From NCBI GenBank assembly GCA_040752415.1, contig JBFMGU010000317.1, positions 1-11,374 on the forward strand: a DNA stretch of 11,374 bases. Reading direction: 5' to 3'. A model generated the notes under the pieces. That model worked only from the letters and a program-made list of their open reading frames with translations. It was not told the origin of the DNA and made no database searches. Shown one piece after another: positions 1 to 7,581 of the stretch (position 1 is its first letter; each line of letters starts with the position of its first letter). Origin of the DNA: Myxococcota bacterium (GTDB lineage Bacteria; Myxococcota; JACRCW01). Position numbers and translations under genes: made by a program.

Positions 1-538
1 TCCGCGCTCCCGCCGGTTCCCGCTCCCCGCCCCTCTCCGTCGCCACCGGGGTCGCCGCCACCACCGCCTGCGCCGGTTGCCGTGGCGTAGCCCGTCCCGC
101 CGCCGCCCCCCGCGGTGATGAGCTCGTGTTTCCCTCGTCGCAGCGCGGAGCGACCCCCACCGCTGCCGGCCCACGCCCATTGCGCGTTGTTGGACCCGTG
201 ACCACCGCCGCCGAATCCGCCGGGCACGAAACCGGGGCGGAACTGACCCGCGCCGCCGACAATCACGTCGAGCGTCTCCCCGGGCGTCACCGGCAACGCC
301 GCGTGCATGGCCAACGCGCCACCTCCGCTGACCGGCCGGAGCTCCCGCCGGAAGCGCCCCACAGTTTCACGTACAACGAGGTCACGCCCTCCGGCACCGT
401 GAAGTGCTGCATACCGCCGGTGTGTTGGAAGACCTGCACGTTCCCGGGCGCGCGCGTGGCACCAGGGACGCGGATGGTGATGCGTCGCCCAGGCTCGCTG
501 CTGGCATGGAGGGGGTTGGGGTCGCTCGGTTTGCGCAT
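1..538 (-). pseudogene. Glycine-rich domain protein (ALK/LTK-like Gly-rich type), frameshifted near 330-340 and running off the left edge; pseudogene or sequencing indel
   Basis: One frame gives VFQHTGGMQHFTVPEGVTSLYVKLWGASGG, the typical start of this domain, then stops at 287. The adjacent frame continues SGGGALAMHAALPVTPGETLDVIVGGAG...GGFGGGG...GSGGGRSALRRGKHELITAGGGGG and stays open to base 1. One extra base at about 334-335 joins the two. Start is uncertain (ATG 538 or TTG 562). Confidence 0.7.
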
Positions 539-637
539 TTCGCCCGATGGTACCGCATTCAAACTGCGCCAAGAAGGCTGGTCGTTTTGGGCACAACGGG
601 TTCGCCGACGTGAACGTTGCGTTTTGCAGATCGCTTA

Positions 638-664
638 GTTAGCGTTCGCCCCCGGGTGGCTAAC
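638..664. promoter_or_regulatory. Intergenic inverted repeat/hairpin just upstream of the lipoprotein RBS
   Basis: GTTAGC (638-643) pairs with GCTAAC (659-664) and encloses an inner CGCCC/GGGTG stem. It ends 3 nt before the SD GAGGAG at 668-673. Function unknown. Confidence 0.3.
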
Positions 665-682
665 CATGAGGAGTGACGACCG

Positions 683-1294
683 ATGAGACGCGCATTTGTG
701 CACGGTGGGTTCGCGTTGTTGTTGGGTGGACTTCTGGGATGCGCCAGCACCGAGGAGGCGGCGGGGGAGCTGGGTGCGGCCAGGGTCATCGTGAACACGT
801 TGGAGGAATCCACCGCAACGGGAACCTGGCAGCGTGACGACGTCCTGGATGGCGCCTCCGACGAGATGCAGATCTGGGGAGGCACGGGAGACATGCCGGA
901 CTACGGGGAGCCGGGCTTCCACTGTGAGCTGCTGACCACGGAGGAAGGGCGCAACGTGGGTCCCACGCTGAGAGAGAACGACCTCCCCGCGACCTTCAAG
1001 ATCCAACCCCGCAACCCCGCCCAGGCCCACAAGCCCGGCGCATGGTACGAGGGCGACGCCGACGAGAACGCCTGCGGGCTCTGGTTGGACGAGGAGCGGG
1101 GCGTCTGCACGCTGACGAGCGGCAAGGTCTACGTCGAGAGCATCGAGGGCGACCGGCTCACCGGCTGGATCAAGGGCGAGGGGTTCCTGGAAGGTGGAGG
1201 CGTGTCGTGTTCCGCCAGCGCCACGCTGAACCTGGCGCCCCAGCCAGGCCCGCGAAGCGGAGTGGCCTACCCCGTCCCGCCGACGAATCGCTGA
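683..1294 (+). CDS. Hypothetical lipoprotein (203 aa)
   Basis: GAGGAG SD upstream; MRR + hydrophobic stretch + lipobox LLGC; GC3-rich codons; four further Cys in an acidic mature part. No family recognised. Confidence 0.8.
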   Translation: MRRAFVHGGFALLLGGLLGCASTEEAAGELGAARVIVNTLEESTATGTWQRDDVLDGASDEMQIWGGTGDMPDYGEPGFHCELLTTEEGRNVGPTLRENDLPATFKIQPRNPAQAHKPGAWYEGDADENACGLWLDEERGVCTLTSGKVYVESIEGDRLTGWIKGEGFLEGGGVSCSASATLNLAPQPGPRSGVAYPVPPTNR

Positions 1295-1300
1295 ACATCA

Positions 1301-2221
1301 TCACCGCACCACGCGCCAGCAGCGGTGGATCTTCTTGTTGCGGATGTCGTCGGGGATGGATCCGGGGGTGAGCTCACGCCACGTCATCCCGGCGAACACG
1401 CGCTCATCCAACTGGAACGACGTGAAGTTGGTGGAGAAGTACAACACGCCGCCCGGACGGAGCAGCGCCAGCGCGCCGGTGATGAGCGGGACGTGGTCGC
1501 GCTGGATGTCCAGGGTGCCTTCCATCTTCGCCGACGACGAGAATGAAGGCGGATCCATCACGATGAGGTCGTAGACCTGCCCACGCACCTGGCCGAGCCA
1601 GCGGGTGACGTCGGAACGGACCAGCTGGTGCGTGGGGCCCCACAACCCGTTGAGCCGCAGGTTGTCCTCCGCCCACTGCAGGTAGGTGTTGGAGAGGTCC
1701 ACGCTCGTCGTCGCCGAGGCACCACCGTGCGCCGCGTACACCGTGAACGAGCCGGTGTAGCAGAACAGGTTCAGCACGCGTTTTCCCTGCGACTCCTTGC
1801 GCACCATGTCGCGGGTGATGCGGTGGTCCAGGAACAGGCCGGTGTCCAGGTAGTCGACGAGATTAACGAGGAAACGCAGGCCCTGCTCGCGCACCTCCAG
1901 CCGCTGGCCGGAGCTCGCCAGCTTCTCGTACTGGGCGCGACCCCAGGGCATCCGCTCGCGGGTCTTGGTGTGGATGCGCTCCGGTGGGATGCCCATCACC
2001 TCCTGCACCGCCACCAGCACCTCCTGCCGCTGCTCCTCGCCCACGCCGTGTCGTCGGAACTCCACCACGTAGGCATGGTCCGCGTACGCGTCGACGGTGT
2101 AGCGGTACTCCGGGATGTCCTGGTCGTAGACGCGGTAGGCGGTGAGGTCGTACTTCGCGGCCCACTTGCGACGGTGCGCCACGTTCTTCTTGAGCCGGTT
2201 GAGGAACGCGGTGTCCGCCAT
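1301..2221 (-). CDS. rlmK: Stand-alone RlmK-like class I SAM-dependent rRNA methyltransferase (23S m7G2069 type; C-terminal half of RlmKL), 306 aa
   Basis: Begins MADTAFLNRLKKN. Motifs YRVYDQDIPEY, VNLVDYLDTGLFLDHR, VLNLFCYTGSF, VDLSNTYLQWAEDNLRLNG, DPPSFS, DIQRDH and IHRCW parallel the RlmK half of E. coli RlmKL. True start is ATG 2221, overlapping the upstream stop (TGATG), not 2632. Confidence 0.88.
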   Translation of the reverse strand: MADTAFLNRLKKNVAHRRKWAAKYDLTAYRVYDQDIPEYRYTVDAYADHAYVVEFRRHGVGEEQRQEVLVAVQEVMGIPPERIHTKTRERMPWGRAQYEKLASSGQRLEVREQGLRFLVNLVDYLDTGLFLDHRITRDMVRKESQGKRVLNLFCYTGSFTVYAAHGGASATTSVDLSNTYLQWAEDNLRLNGLWGPTHQLVRSDVTRWLGQVRGQVYDLIVMDPPSFSSSAKMEGTLDIQRDHVPLITGALALLRPGGVLYFSTNFTSFQLDERVFAGMTWRELTPGSIPDDIRNKKIHRCWRVVR

Positions 2222-3012
2222 CAGCCCGCTCCACCGTCGGGTGTGCTGGCGCCTTCCACCAGGATGGCCCCCGCGCTCGACGTCAACTCGATGGAGCCAC
2301 CACCCGCGCCGAAGGAGCCGTTGGCCTCCGTGCCGGTGTTCACGCCGGAGAACGTGAGGTTGCGAATGGTGATGCCCCCACCCGCCGACGCAGTCAGGGA
2401 CGCGTTGGTGTCGACGGGGATCACCAGTGAGATGTCCCCCGCGCCGCTGTCCACCACCACCGCATCTCCCGACGTCACCGTGGTCTCCAGTCGCACCGAG
2501 CCGTTGGCAGTGGCGAGCGTGATGTTGCCCGTCATCTCGCGTCCCTCGACGTCGCCGGAAGCCGTCTGCGCCGAGCCGCCACCGCTCAAGCCGCGCAGGA
2601 CCACGCCGTGGCCAGCCGCGGTCAGATCCCACGGGAGAGAGGCGGGAACCCGCAGCTCCAGCGCAACGGTGACGTCGGACAGGTCCGCGGGAACCATGGT
2701 GGCCACCTCCACGCGACCGTCCTTGCGCTCCGCGCGCAGCGTCACCTCGTGCAGGCGGGCGCGGGAGCTGTCGCGGGTGGCCTGCAGGAGGGGCGTGACC
2801 AGCACGTCGGTGCGCGACTCACCGAGGATGGTGTTGACGCCATACCGGTTCTCCACCGCGACCAGCGTGGCGCCCTGGGCATCCACCGTCTGCGCCACCG
2901 GCGGGCTCGGCGGTTCACCGCTGCTGGAAGATGACGACGTGAATCCACCCGCGCAGCCCAGCGCAACCGAGCACGTCAGGGCCACCACCGGGCGCAACGA
3001 AAGACGGGACAT
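2221..3012 (-). CDS. DUF4097-family (putative adhesin, beta-strand repeat) lipoprotein, 263 aa
   Basis: Signal peptide with lipobox ALGC; Ser/Pro linker; repeated beta motifs TASGDVE, TANGSVRL, SGAGDISL; terminal GGGSIELTSSAGAILV; VALELRVPA as in DUF4097 proteins. Confidence 0.78.
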   Translation of the reverse strand: MSRLSLRPVVALTCSVALGCAGGFTSSSSSSGEPPSPPVAQTVDAQGATLVAVENRYGVNTILGESRTDVLVTPLLQATRDSSRARLHEVTLRAERKDGRVEVATMVPADLSDVTVALELRVPASLPWDLTAAGHGVVLRGLSGGGSAQTASGDVEGREMTGNITLATANGSVRLETTVTSGDAVVVDSGAGDISLVIPVDTNASLTASAGGGITIRNLTFSGVNTGTEANGSFGAGGGSIELTSSAGAILVEGASTPDGGAG

Positions 3013-3018
3013 GCCCCC

Positions 3019-3024
3019 AATCTA
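3019..3024 (-). promoter_or_regulatory. Candidate -10 hexamer (TAGATT) for a leaderless DUF4097-rlmK transcript
   Basis: Minus strand reads TAGATT-GGGGGC-ATG, i.e. TANNNT 6 nt before the start codon. No convincing -35 seen. Confidence 0.4.
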
Positions 3025-3087
3025 GCGCACCTCTCACCCGGCCGACTTCCCCGAGCGGTTGACGGGCCGCCCCCAAACGTGGTGCCT

Positions 3088-4137
3088 ATGGATGCGTCGT
3101 CGACGGAGCGCAGCATGCGGTTGGGGCGGACGCTGTACGCCTGGTACAAGTACCTGCGGTTCCTCGCGCGCGAGTTCCGTGCGTCGGTGACAGTGTTCTC
3201 GTCGCTGGTGCTGCTGGGCGGGCTGGGCCTGCAGGCCACCTACCACCAACAACAGCTGAGCTACGGCCGCGCCTGCTACGCCGTGTTCTGCATGATCTTC
3301 TTCGAGACGGGGATCGTGGATTTCCCGTCGGAGTGGTACCTGCAGCCGTTCTTCTTCCTGGTTCCCATCCTGGGCCTGGGCGCCGTGGCCGACTCCGTGG
3401 TGCGTCTGGGCTACTTCGTCTTCACCTCCAAGCAGAAGCTGCCGGAGTGGCACATCATGCAAGCATCCACCATGCGCAACCACATCGTGGTGTGCGGGGT
3501 TGGCAAGGTTGGCTACCGCATCATCCAGGACCTGCTGGCGCTCAAGGAAGAAGTGGTGGCCATTGAGAAGCGCGCCGACAACGAGCTGGTCACGGAGCTC
3601 ATGGATCGCGGCTTCCCGATCATCATCGGCGAGTCGCGGCTGCGGAAGACGCTGGAGCAGGCCAACGTCCAGAAGGCCCGCGCCGTCATCCTGGCCACCG
3701 ACGACGATCTTGCCAACCTGGACGCCGCGCTGACCGCGCGGGAGATCAATCCCGACGTGCGCGTGGTGCTCCGCCTCTTCGACGACACACTGGCGAGCAA
3801 GGTGGCCACCGCGTTCAACATGCCGGCCATCTCCACCAGCTCCTGCGCCGCGCCCAACTTCATTGCCGCCGCCACCAATCGCAACGTGTTCCACGCCTTT
3901 GAGCTGGCCGGGAAGCGCCTGCAGATTGCCGACCTCCGCCTGGGACCCGACTCACGCCTCATTGGCCACACCGTGGGTGAGCTGCAGGCGGAGAAGGAGG
4001 TCAACGTGGTGATGCACATGCGCGGCGGCGCCACCGACGTCAACCCCAGCAGCGACGTGGTGCTGCGCGGAGATGACCACGTCATTGTGATTGCGCCGCT
4101 GGAAGCCATCAGCCGCCTTGAGGCGATGAACCGCTAA
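3088..4137 (+). CDS. TrkA/RCK-domain potassium-channel-family membrane protein (2 TM + RCK_N + RCK_C) with non-canonical pore
   Basis: Two hydrophobic helices flank a pore-helix-like segment. Rossmann motif HIVVCGVGKVG; ILATDDDLANLDAALTAREINPDVRVVLRLFD; RCK_C motif DSRLIGHTVGEL...NPSSDVVLRGDDHVIVIA. Start could be 3079, 3088 or 3115. Confidence 0.88.
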   Translation: MDASSTERSMRLGRTLYAWYKYLRFLAREFRASVTVFSSLVLLGGLGLQATYHQQQLSYGRACYAVFCMIFFETGIVDFPSEWYLQPFFFLVPILGLGAVADSVVRLGYFVFTSKQKLPEWHIMQASTMRNHIVVCGVGKVGYRIIQDLLALKEEVVAIEKRADNELVTELMDRGFPIIIGESRLRKTLEQANVQKARAVILATDDDLANLDAALTAREINPDVRVVLRLFDDTLASKVATAFNMPAISTSSCAAPNFIAAATNRNVFHAFELAGKRLQIADLRLGPDSRLIGHTVGELQAEKEVNVVMHMRGGATDVNPSSDVVLRGDDHVIVIAPLEAISRLEAMNR

Positions 4138-4154
4138 GGGCATCATGAAGCCCT
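4137..4154. promoter_or_regulatory. Near-perfect 18-bp palindrome between channel and CHAP genes
   Basis: AGGGC-A-TCATGA-A-GCCCT (one mismatched pair), no U-tract, directly upstream of the SD AAGGAGG. Confidence 0.35.
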
Positions 4155-4169
4155 GACGAAGGAGGGAGC

Positions 4170-5354
4170 ATGACCCGCATTGGACCCAAGACGCCTTCGA
4201 CGGTGGCCCCGAGCACACCCACGCCGACACCCGCCGCCACGGAGATGGTGGAGGTGCTCAGCCAGGCCGCCACCGAGGCGCTGCGCCTGCTGGCCCCGGA
4301 GATCGACGACGGAACGCGCAAGGCCCTGGCCCGGGACGGCGCAGCGCGGCCGGCGGAGATGGGCACCACCGGCAATCTCAACGTGGCGGTGGATACGAGC
4401 GTCTCCCTGCACGCCGGCGTCGACGCGCAGCTTGGGGTCACCGCCGAGGCCTATCTCACGCCCGCGGAGCTCGACGCGAACCTCGACGAGATGTACGGCC
4501 CCGGCTCCGCGGCGTTGGCGCGCATGGCGGAGGTGTTGTTCCTGGCTGCGGCCGGTGCCTTGGAGGCCATGCTGGAGACCCAGGCGCAACCGCGGACCTC
4601 GTCGGAGAGCCCCGACCTGGCGCCGCTGATGGGGGCGATCACCGCGCTCACCAGGGCACTGCAGGAGCCGCAGGCCACGCACGCCTCGGTTCGGCCCGCG
4701 TTGCACGCGGCGGACAATGCGGTTGCCAAGCAGCTCGTGACGTCGTCAGGCAAGCAGGGCGAGCAGATGCAGAAGGTGGTGACGAGTCACCTGGGCGTCA
4801 AGCCCGACGCCACCGGGCCGCACGCGGGACAGGGTCCGTTCGGCAACACGGTGGCCAAGAAGCTGCCGCCGGAGGTGCCCGCGCCCGTCACGCCGTGCCC
4901 ACCCGGACACACCGCGGCGGCGGCATTGGAGATGGCGCGTTCGCAGGTTGGCGTGCGGGAGGCCACGGGCAAGAACGACGGTATTCCGTCGGAGCGCTAC
5001 ATGGCGGGACGTCAGGAGCCGTGGTGCGCCAACTTCGTGGCGTGGTGCTTCCGTCAGACGGGAAGGCCGCTGCCGGGCAATGCCAGCAAGCTGGGTTGGG
5101 TGCAGTACATGGAGGACACCACCAAGGCGCACGGGAAGTTCGTTCCCGCCGGCACCGACACGCCGCGCCCCGGCGACATCATCTTCTTCAAGGACCGCGG
5201 CGGCGCCAACGCCAGCGCGGGCCGCCACGTCGGGATCGTGGAGCGCGTTGAGAACGGCGTCATCCACACCATCGAGGGAAACAGTGGTGACCAGGTGGCG
5301 CGTCGCCGCGTCAAGCTGGACAGCGCGCGCATCTCGGGATTCGGTCGCTACTGA
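4170..5354 (+). CDS. CHAP-domain (cysteine/histidine amidohydrolase) peptidoglycan hydrolase with long N-terminal extension, 394 aa
   Basis: Strong SD AAGGAGG. C-terminal ~145 aa: ALEMARSQVGVRE..GKNDG, PWCANFVAWCF (catalytic Cys), PGDIIFF, HVGIVE (catalytic His), TIEGNS, ISGFGR. No Sec signal peptide. Confidence 0.87.
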   Translation: MTRIGPKTPSTVAPSTPTPTPAATEMVEVLSQAATEALRLLAPEIDDGTRKALARDGAARPAEMGTTGNLNVAVDTSVSLHAGVDAQLGVTAEAYLTPAELDANLDEMYGPGSAALARMAEVLFLAAAGALEAMLETQAQPRTSSESPDLAPLMGAITALTRALQEPQATHASVRPALHAADNAVAKQLVTSSGKQGEQMQKVVTSHLGVKPDATGPHAGQGPFGNTVAKKLPPEVPAPVTPCPPGHTAAAALEMARSQVGVREATGKNDGIPSERYMAGRQEPWCANFVAWCFRQTGRPLPGNASKLGWVQYMEDTTKAHGKFVPAGTDTPRPGDIIFFKDRGGANASAGRHVGIVERVENGVIHTIEGNSGDQVARRRVKLDSARISGFGRY

Positions 5355-5366
5355 ACGGTGACGACG

Positions 5367-5999
5367 TCAGTACGGCCCCTCCGCCTGCAGGAGCGCCATT
5401 CCCACGCCAATCAACGCATCATCCAACGCCATCCGCTGCTGCCGCCACGACGTGGCATCCGCCGCGTGCACCACCTCCAGGAGCTGTGAAGCCGCTGCCA
5501 GCTGCGCATCCACGTCGGAGATCTGCAGCTCCAGCTTCGTGCGCTCGGCGCCTTGCAGGGAGGACGCGCGCTGTCGCAGCTCCGCCACGCGTTGCCGGGA
5601 AACCTCCAGCTTCTTGAGCGCGTACTGCTCGTAGGCGGCGCGTTCTCCGACGGGAGCCTCACCGCGCACCACGGGGGCCGGCGACGGGTCGGGCGGTGAT
5701 GGAGCATCCAGGTTCCACGTCGTCATGGGATACGCGTAGAGCGGGTGTCCCCAGGCGGACCAGAAGGGATGTCCCCAGGTGGCCCAGGACTGCGCGTTCC
5801 ACGGTCCCAGGAATGGCGACCACGGACCCGGCCGGTAGGGATGCGTGGGCGGTGGTGGCGTCGGTGCTGGCGGTGGCGTCGGCGTGGGTTGCGCCTGGGG
5901 TGCCGGAGCGCCCACGCCCACCGGGCGACGCGTTTGTGCCGTGACGTTGGAAGCCATGAGCAGGAACGCCGGGACCAGCAGACCAGCCGCGCGCAACAT
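5367..5999 (-). CDS. Hypothetical secreted protein: signal peptide, Pro-rich linker, Trp-rich repeats, C-terminal helical/coiled-coil domain (Sll1863-like), 210 aa
   Basis: SD GGAGGT 6 nt before ATG 5999; signal MLRAAGLLVPAFLLMASNVTA-Q; amphipathic C-terminus ERAAYEQ...VAELRQRA...AADATSWRQQRMALDDA. The 6200 start in the ORF track overlaps the DUF2330 gene and is rejected. Confidence 0.7.
   Translation of the reverse strand: MLRAAGLLVPAFLLMASNVTAQTRRPVGVGAPAPQAQPTPTPPPAPTPPPPTHPYRPGPWSPFLGPWNAQSWATWGHPFWSAWGHPLYAYPMTTWNLDAPSPPDPSPAPVVRGEAPVGERAAYEQYALKKLEVSRQRVAELRQRASSLQGAERTKLELQISDVDAQLAAASQLLEVVHAADATSWRQQRMALDDALIGVGMALLQAEGPY
5743..5787 (-). repeat. Intragenic 24-nt-period tandem repeat encoding W-x-x-WGHP twice
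   Basis: gggtgtccccaggcggaccag (5743-5763) and ggatgtccccaggtggcccag (5767-5787); protein reads WATWGHPFWSAWGHP. Confidence 0.75.
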
Positions 6000-6049
6000 G
6001 GAGGCACCTCCCGCAACCAGGAAGGTCATACCGCAGCGCGTGTGTCGCG

Positions 6050-7525
6050 TCAGGAGTTGGCGGTGGCCGGGCGGACCACCAGGCGCGCGGCGCCCATGGC
6101 CATGGCCAGCATCACAACGAGCAACACCAGCGGTGCCAGCGGGTCCGTCGACGGAGGCGGGCGCGTGGCGTTGTCCTCGAGGGAACCGGCCACCGGGCAC
6201 GGCGGGTTCTCCGCCTTTTGGGCCTGCACCAGGTTCTCGACGGGCTCCTGGGTGGACGCGGCCTGCAACGCCAGGTCAATGTTGAACGCCTCACGCGGCA
6301 GGTTGGCCTCCAGACGCCCCACCCACACCGCGCGCGGGTGCATGCCCACCAGGGCCGCGGCCACGTCGTCGAGCTTGCCGCACTTCAGTTGGTCCGCCGC
6401 AATCTCCCCCGCGCCCGCGTTGCCGCAGCCACCGTCGGCCGTGCAGGTATCCACCACCAGGTCGTCGCGGTTGGCGAACTCATTGAACATCTCGCGACAA
6501 TTCCACTCCCCCTCATTCTCCTCGCGATTGGAAAAACCCTGCGAGATGTACGCGTTGGCAATGGTGCTCTCGAAGCGACCGTCGTCGGTGGAGTAGGCGA
6601 TCTGGCCGCCGAGCACGGGATGGGTCACCGGGGAGAGCAACGTGCCCGGCTTGGCGTACGTGGTGAGCCAGCCACGACGGTCATTGGTCTCCAGCGCCTG
6701 CTGACGCAGCTCGGTGTAGTTGGAGCGGCCGTTGTTGAAGTCCCAGCTCAGGTTGTTCATGTCGACGGTGGTGTTGGTAAACCCATCCACCTGCCAGCGC
6801 CCCTCACCGATGACGAAGATGGTGAGCGCGGTGTTGGCACCCGTGCCCGCGGCCACCATGCGCAATGGGAACGAGAACGTGGGCCCGGGGAAGACCACGC
6901 GCACCGGCTTCATCTGGCGCACGCTGGCACCGGGTTGCAGCCGCATGGCGATGAAGTCCCACCCGTCGGTCACATAGGAGTCGATCACCGGCGTGATGGA
7001 TTCGTCGATGGCGTAGTCGTGGCCCTGCAGCCAATCGACGAGGGCGCCGGGGATCGTCGAGCGCAGTGTCACGGTCTCGTACGGTCCCACCGTGCCCTCG
7101 TGCAGCACGGTCACGCCACCGCCCGCCGCTCGCTCGGCGGCAAGGGAATCCGAGGCCCCGGCACTGGCGCAGCCGAAGAACGGGAGGCCACCACCACCGG
7201 AACAGTTGAGTTGCGGGGAGGACACCTGCACCGCGGTGGCGGCCTCCAGCACCTCGAACCACGCGTCCGTCGAGACCTCGATGCGCGCGCCCTCCGTGAC
7301 GGGGAGAACCCAGGCAAAGTCGGCGGGGTTTCCGTCGTACTCAATCTGGTCCCACAACACGGACTGCGAGGGGGAGATGGAGATGGCCATGCGGTGGCCG
7401 GTCACCACGGTGCCCTCCTCGGAGATGGGGATGAAACACCCGCCGCACGCCAGGGCCCGTTGGGGAAGGAGCATGGCGGAGACACCGCACACCACACCCA
7501 GGCAGATGGTCCACGTCAGCCGCAT
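6050..7525 (-). CDS. DUF2330 domain-containing exported protein with C-terminal membrane anchor, 491 aa
   Basis: SD GAGGTG; signal ending ALA-CGGCF. Motifs LWDQIEYDGNPADFAWVLPV, VGPYETVTL, LVDWLQGHDY, FIAMRLQPG, PVRVVF and FPLRMVAAG are characteristic of myxobacterial DUF2330. Hydrophobic C-terminal segment followed by Arg residues. Confidence 0.85.
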   Translation of the reverse strand: MRLTWTICLGVVCGVSAMLLPQRALACGGCFIPISEEGTVVTGHRMAISISPSQSVLWDQIEYDGNPADFAWVLPVTEGARIEVSTDAWFEVLEAATAVQVSSPQLNCSGGGGLPFFGCASAGASDSLAAERAAGGGVTVLHEGTVGPYETVTLRSTIPGALVDWLQGHDYAIDESITPVIDSYVTDGWDFIAMRLQPGASVRQMKPVRVVFPGPTFSFPLRMVAAGTGANTALTIFVIGEGRWQVDGFTNTTVDMNNLSWDFNNGRSNYTELRQQALETNDRRGWLTTYAKPGTLLSPVTHPVLGGQIAYSTDDGRFESTIANAYISQGFSNREENEGEWNCREMFNEFANRDDLVVDTCTADGGCGNAGAGEIAADQLKCGKLDDVAAALVGMHPRAVWVGRLEANLPREAFNIDLALQAASTQEPVENLVQAQKAENPPCPVAGSLEDNATRPPPSTDPLAPLVLLVVMLAMAMGAARLVVRPATANS

Positions 7526-7566
7526 CGTTCACCTCGCTGGTTTGCACATTGGCACGATGATGGAAC

Positions 7567-7581
7567 GCAGGAATCCTGCCA
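7567..7581 (-). promoter_or_regulatory. Sigma54 (-24/-12) promoter candidate for the DUF2330 gene
   Basis: Minus strand TGGCAGGATTCCTGC = GG-N10-GC with TGGCA at -24 and CTGC at -12. Predicted TSS near 7555, about 30 nt above ATG 7525. Confidence 0.6.

Noticed and set aside
638..664. GTTAGC...GCTAAC as an integron attC site
   Set aside because: Order is reversed relative to attC (AAC box first, GTT box last), it is too short, and there is no integrase or cassette array.
2222..2632. 137-aa N-terminal extension of the methyltransferase in the ORF track (apparent fusion)
   Set aside because: Off-frame read through the DUF4097 gene (Arg/Gly/His-rich); RlmK similarity starts at ATG 2221.
1628..3025. 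465-aa + strand ORF, and similar long ORFs at 3034-3894, 6218-7750, 8545-9609 and 10338-11351
   Set aside because: Antisense or off-frame shadows of well-supported genes; high GC suppresses stop codons; the translations have no recognisable motifs.
3059..3093. TTGACG as a sigma70 -35 for the channel gene
   Set aside because: No TANNNT at 16-18 nt spacing.
5367..5999. Immunity protein for the CHAP hydrolase
   Set aside because: Convergent rather than co-transcribed, and more plausibly in the DUF2330 unit; no resemblance to amidase immunity proteins that I can recognise.
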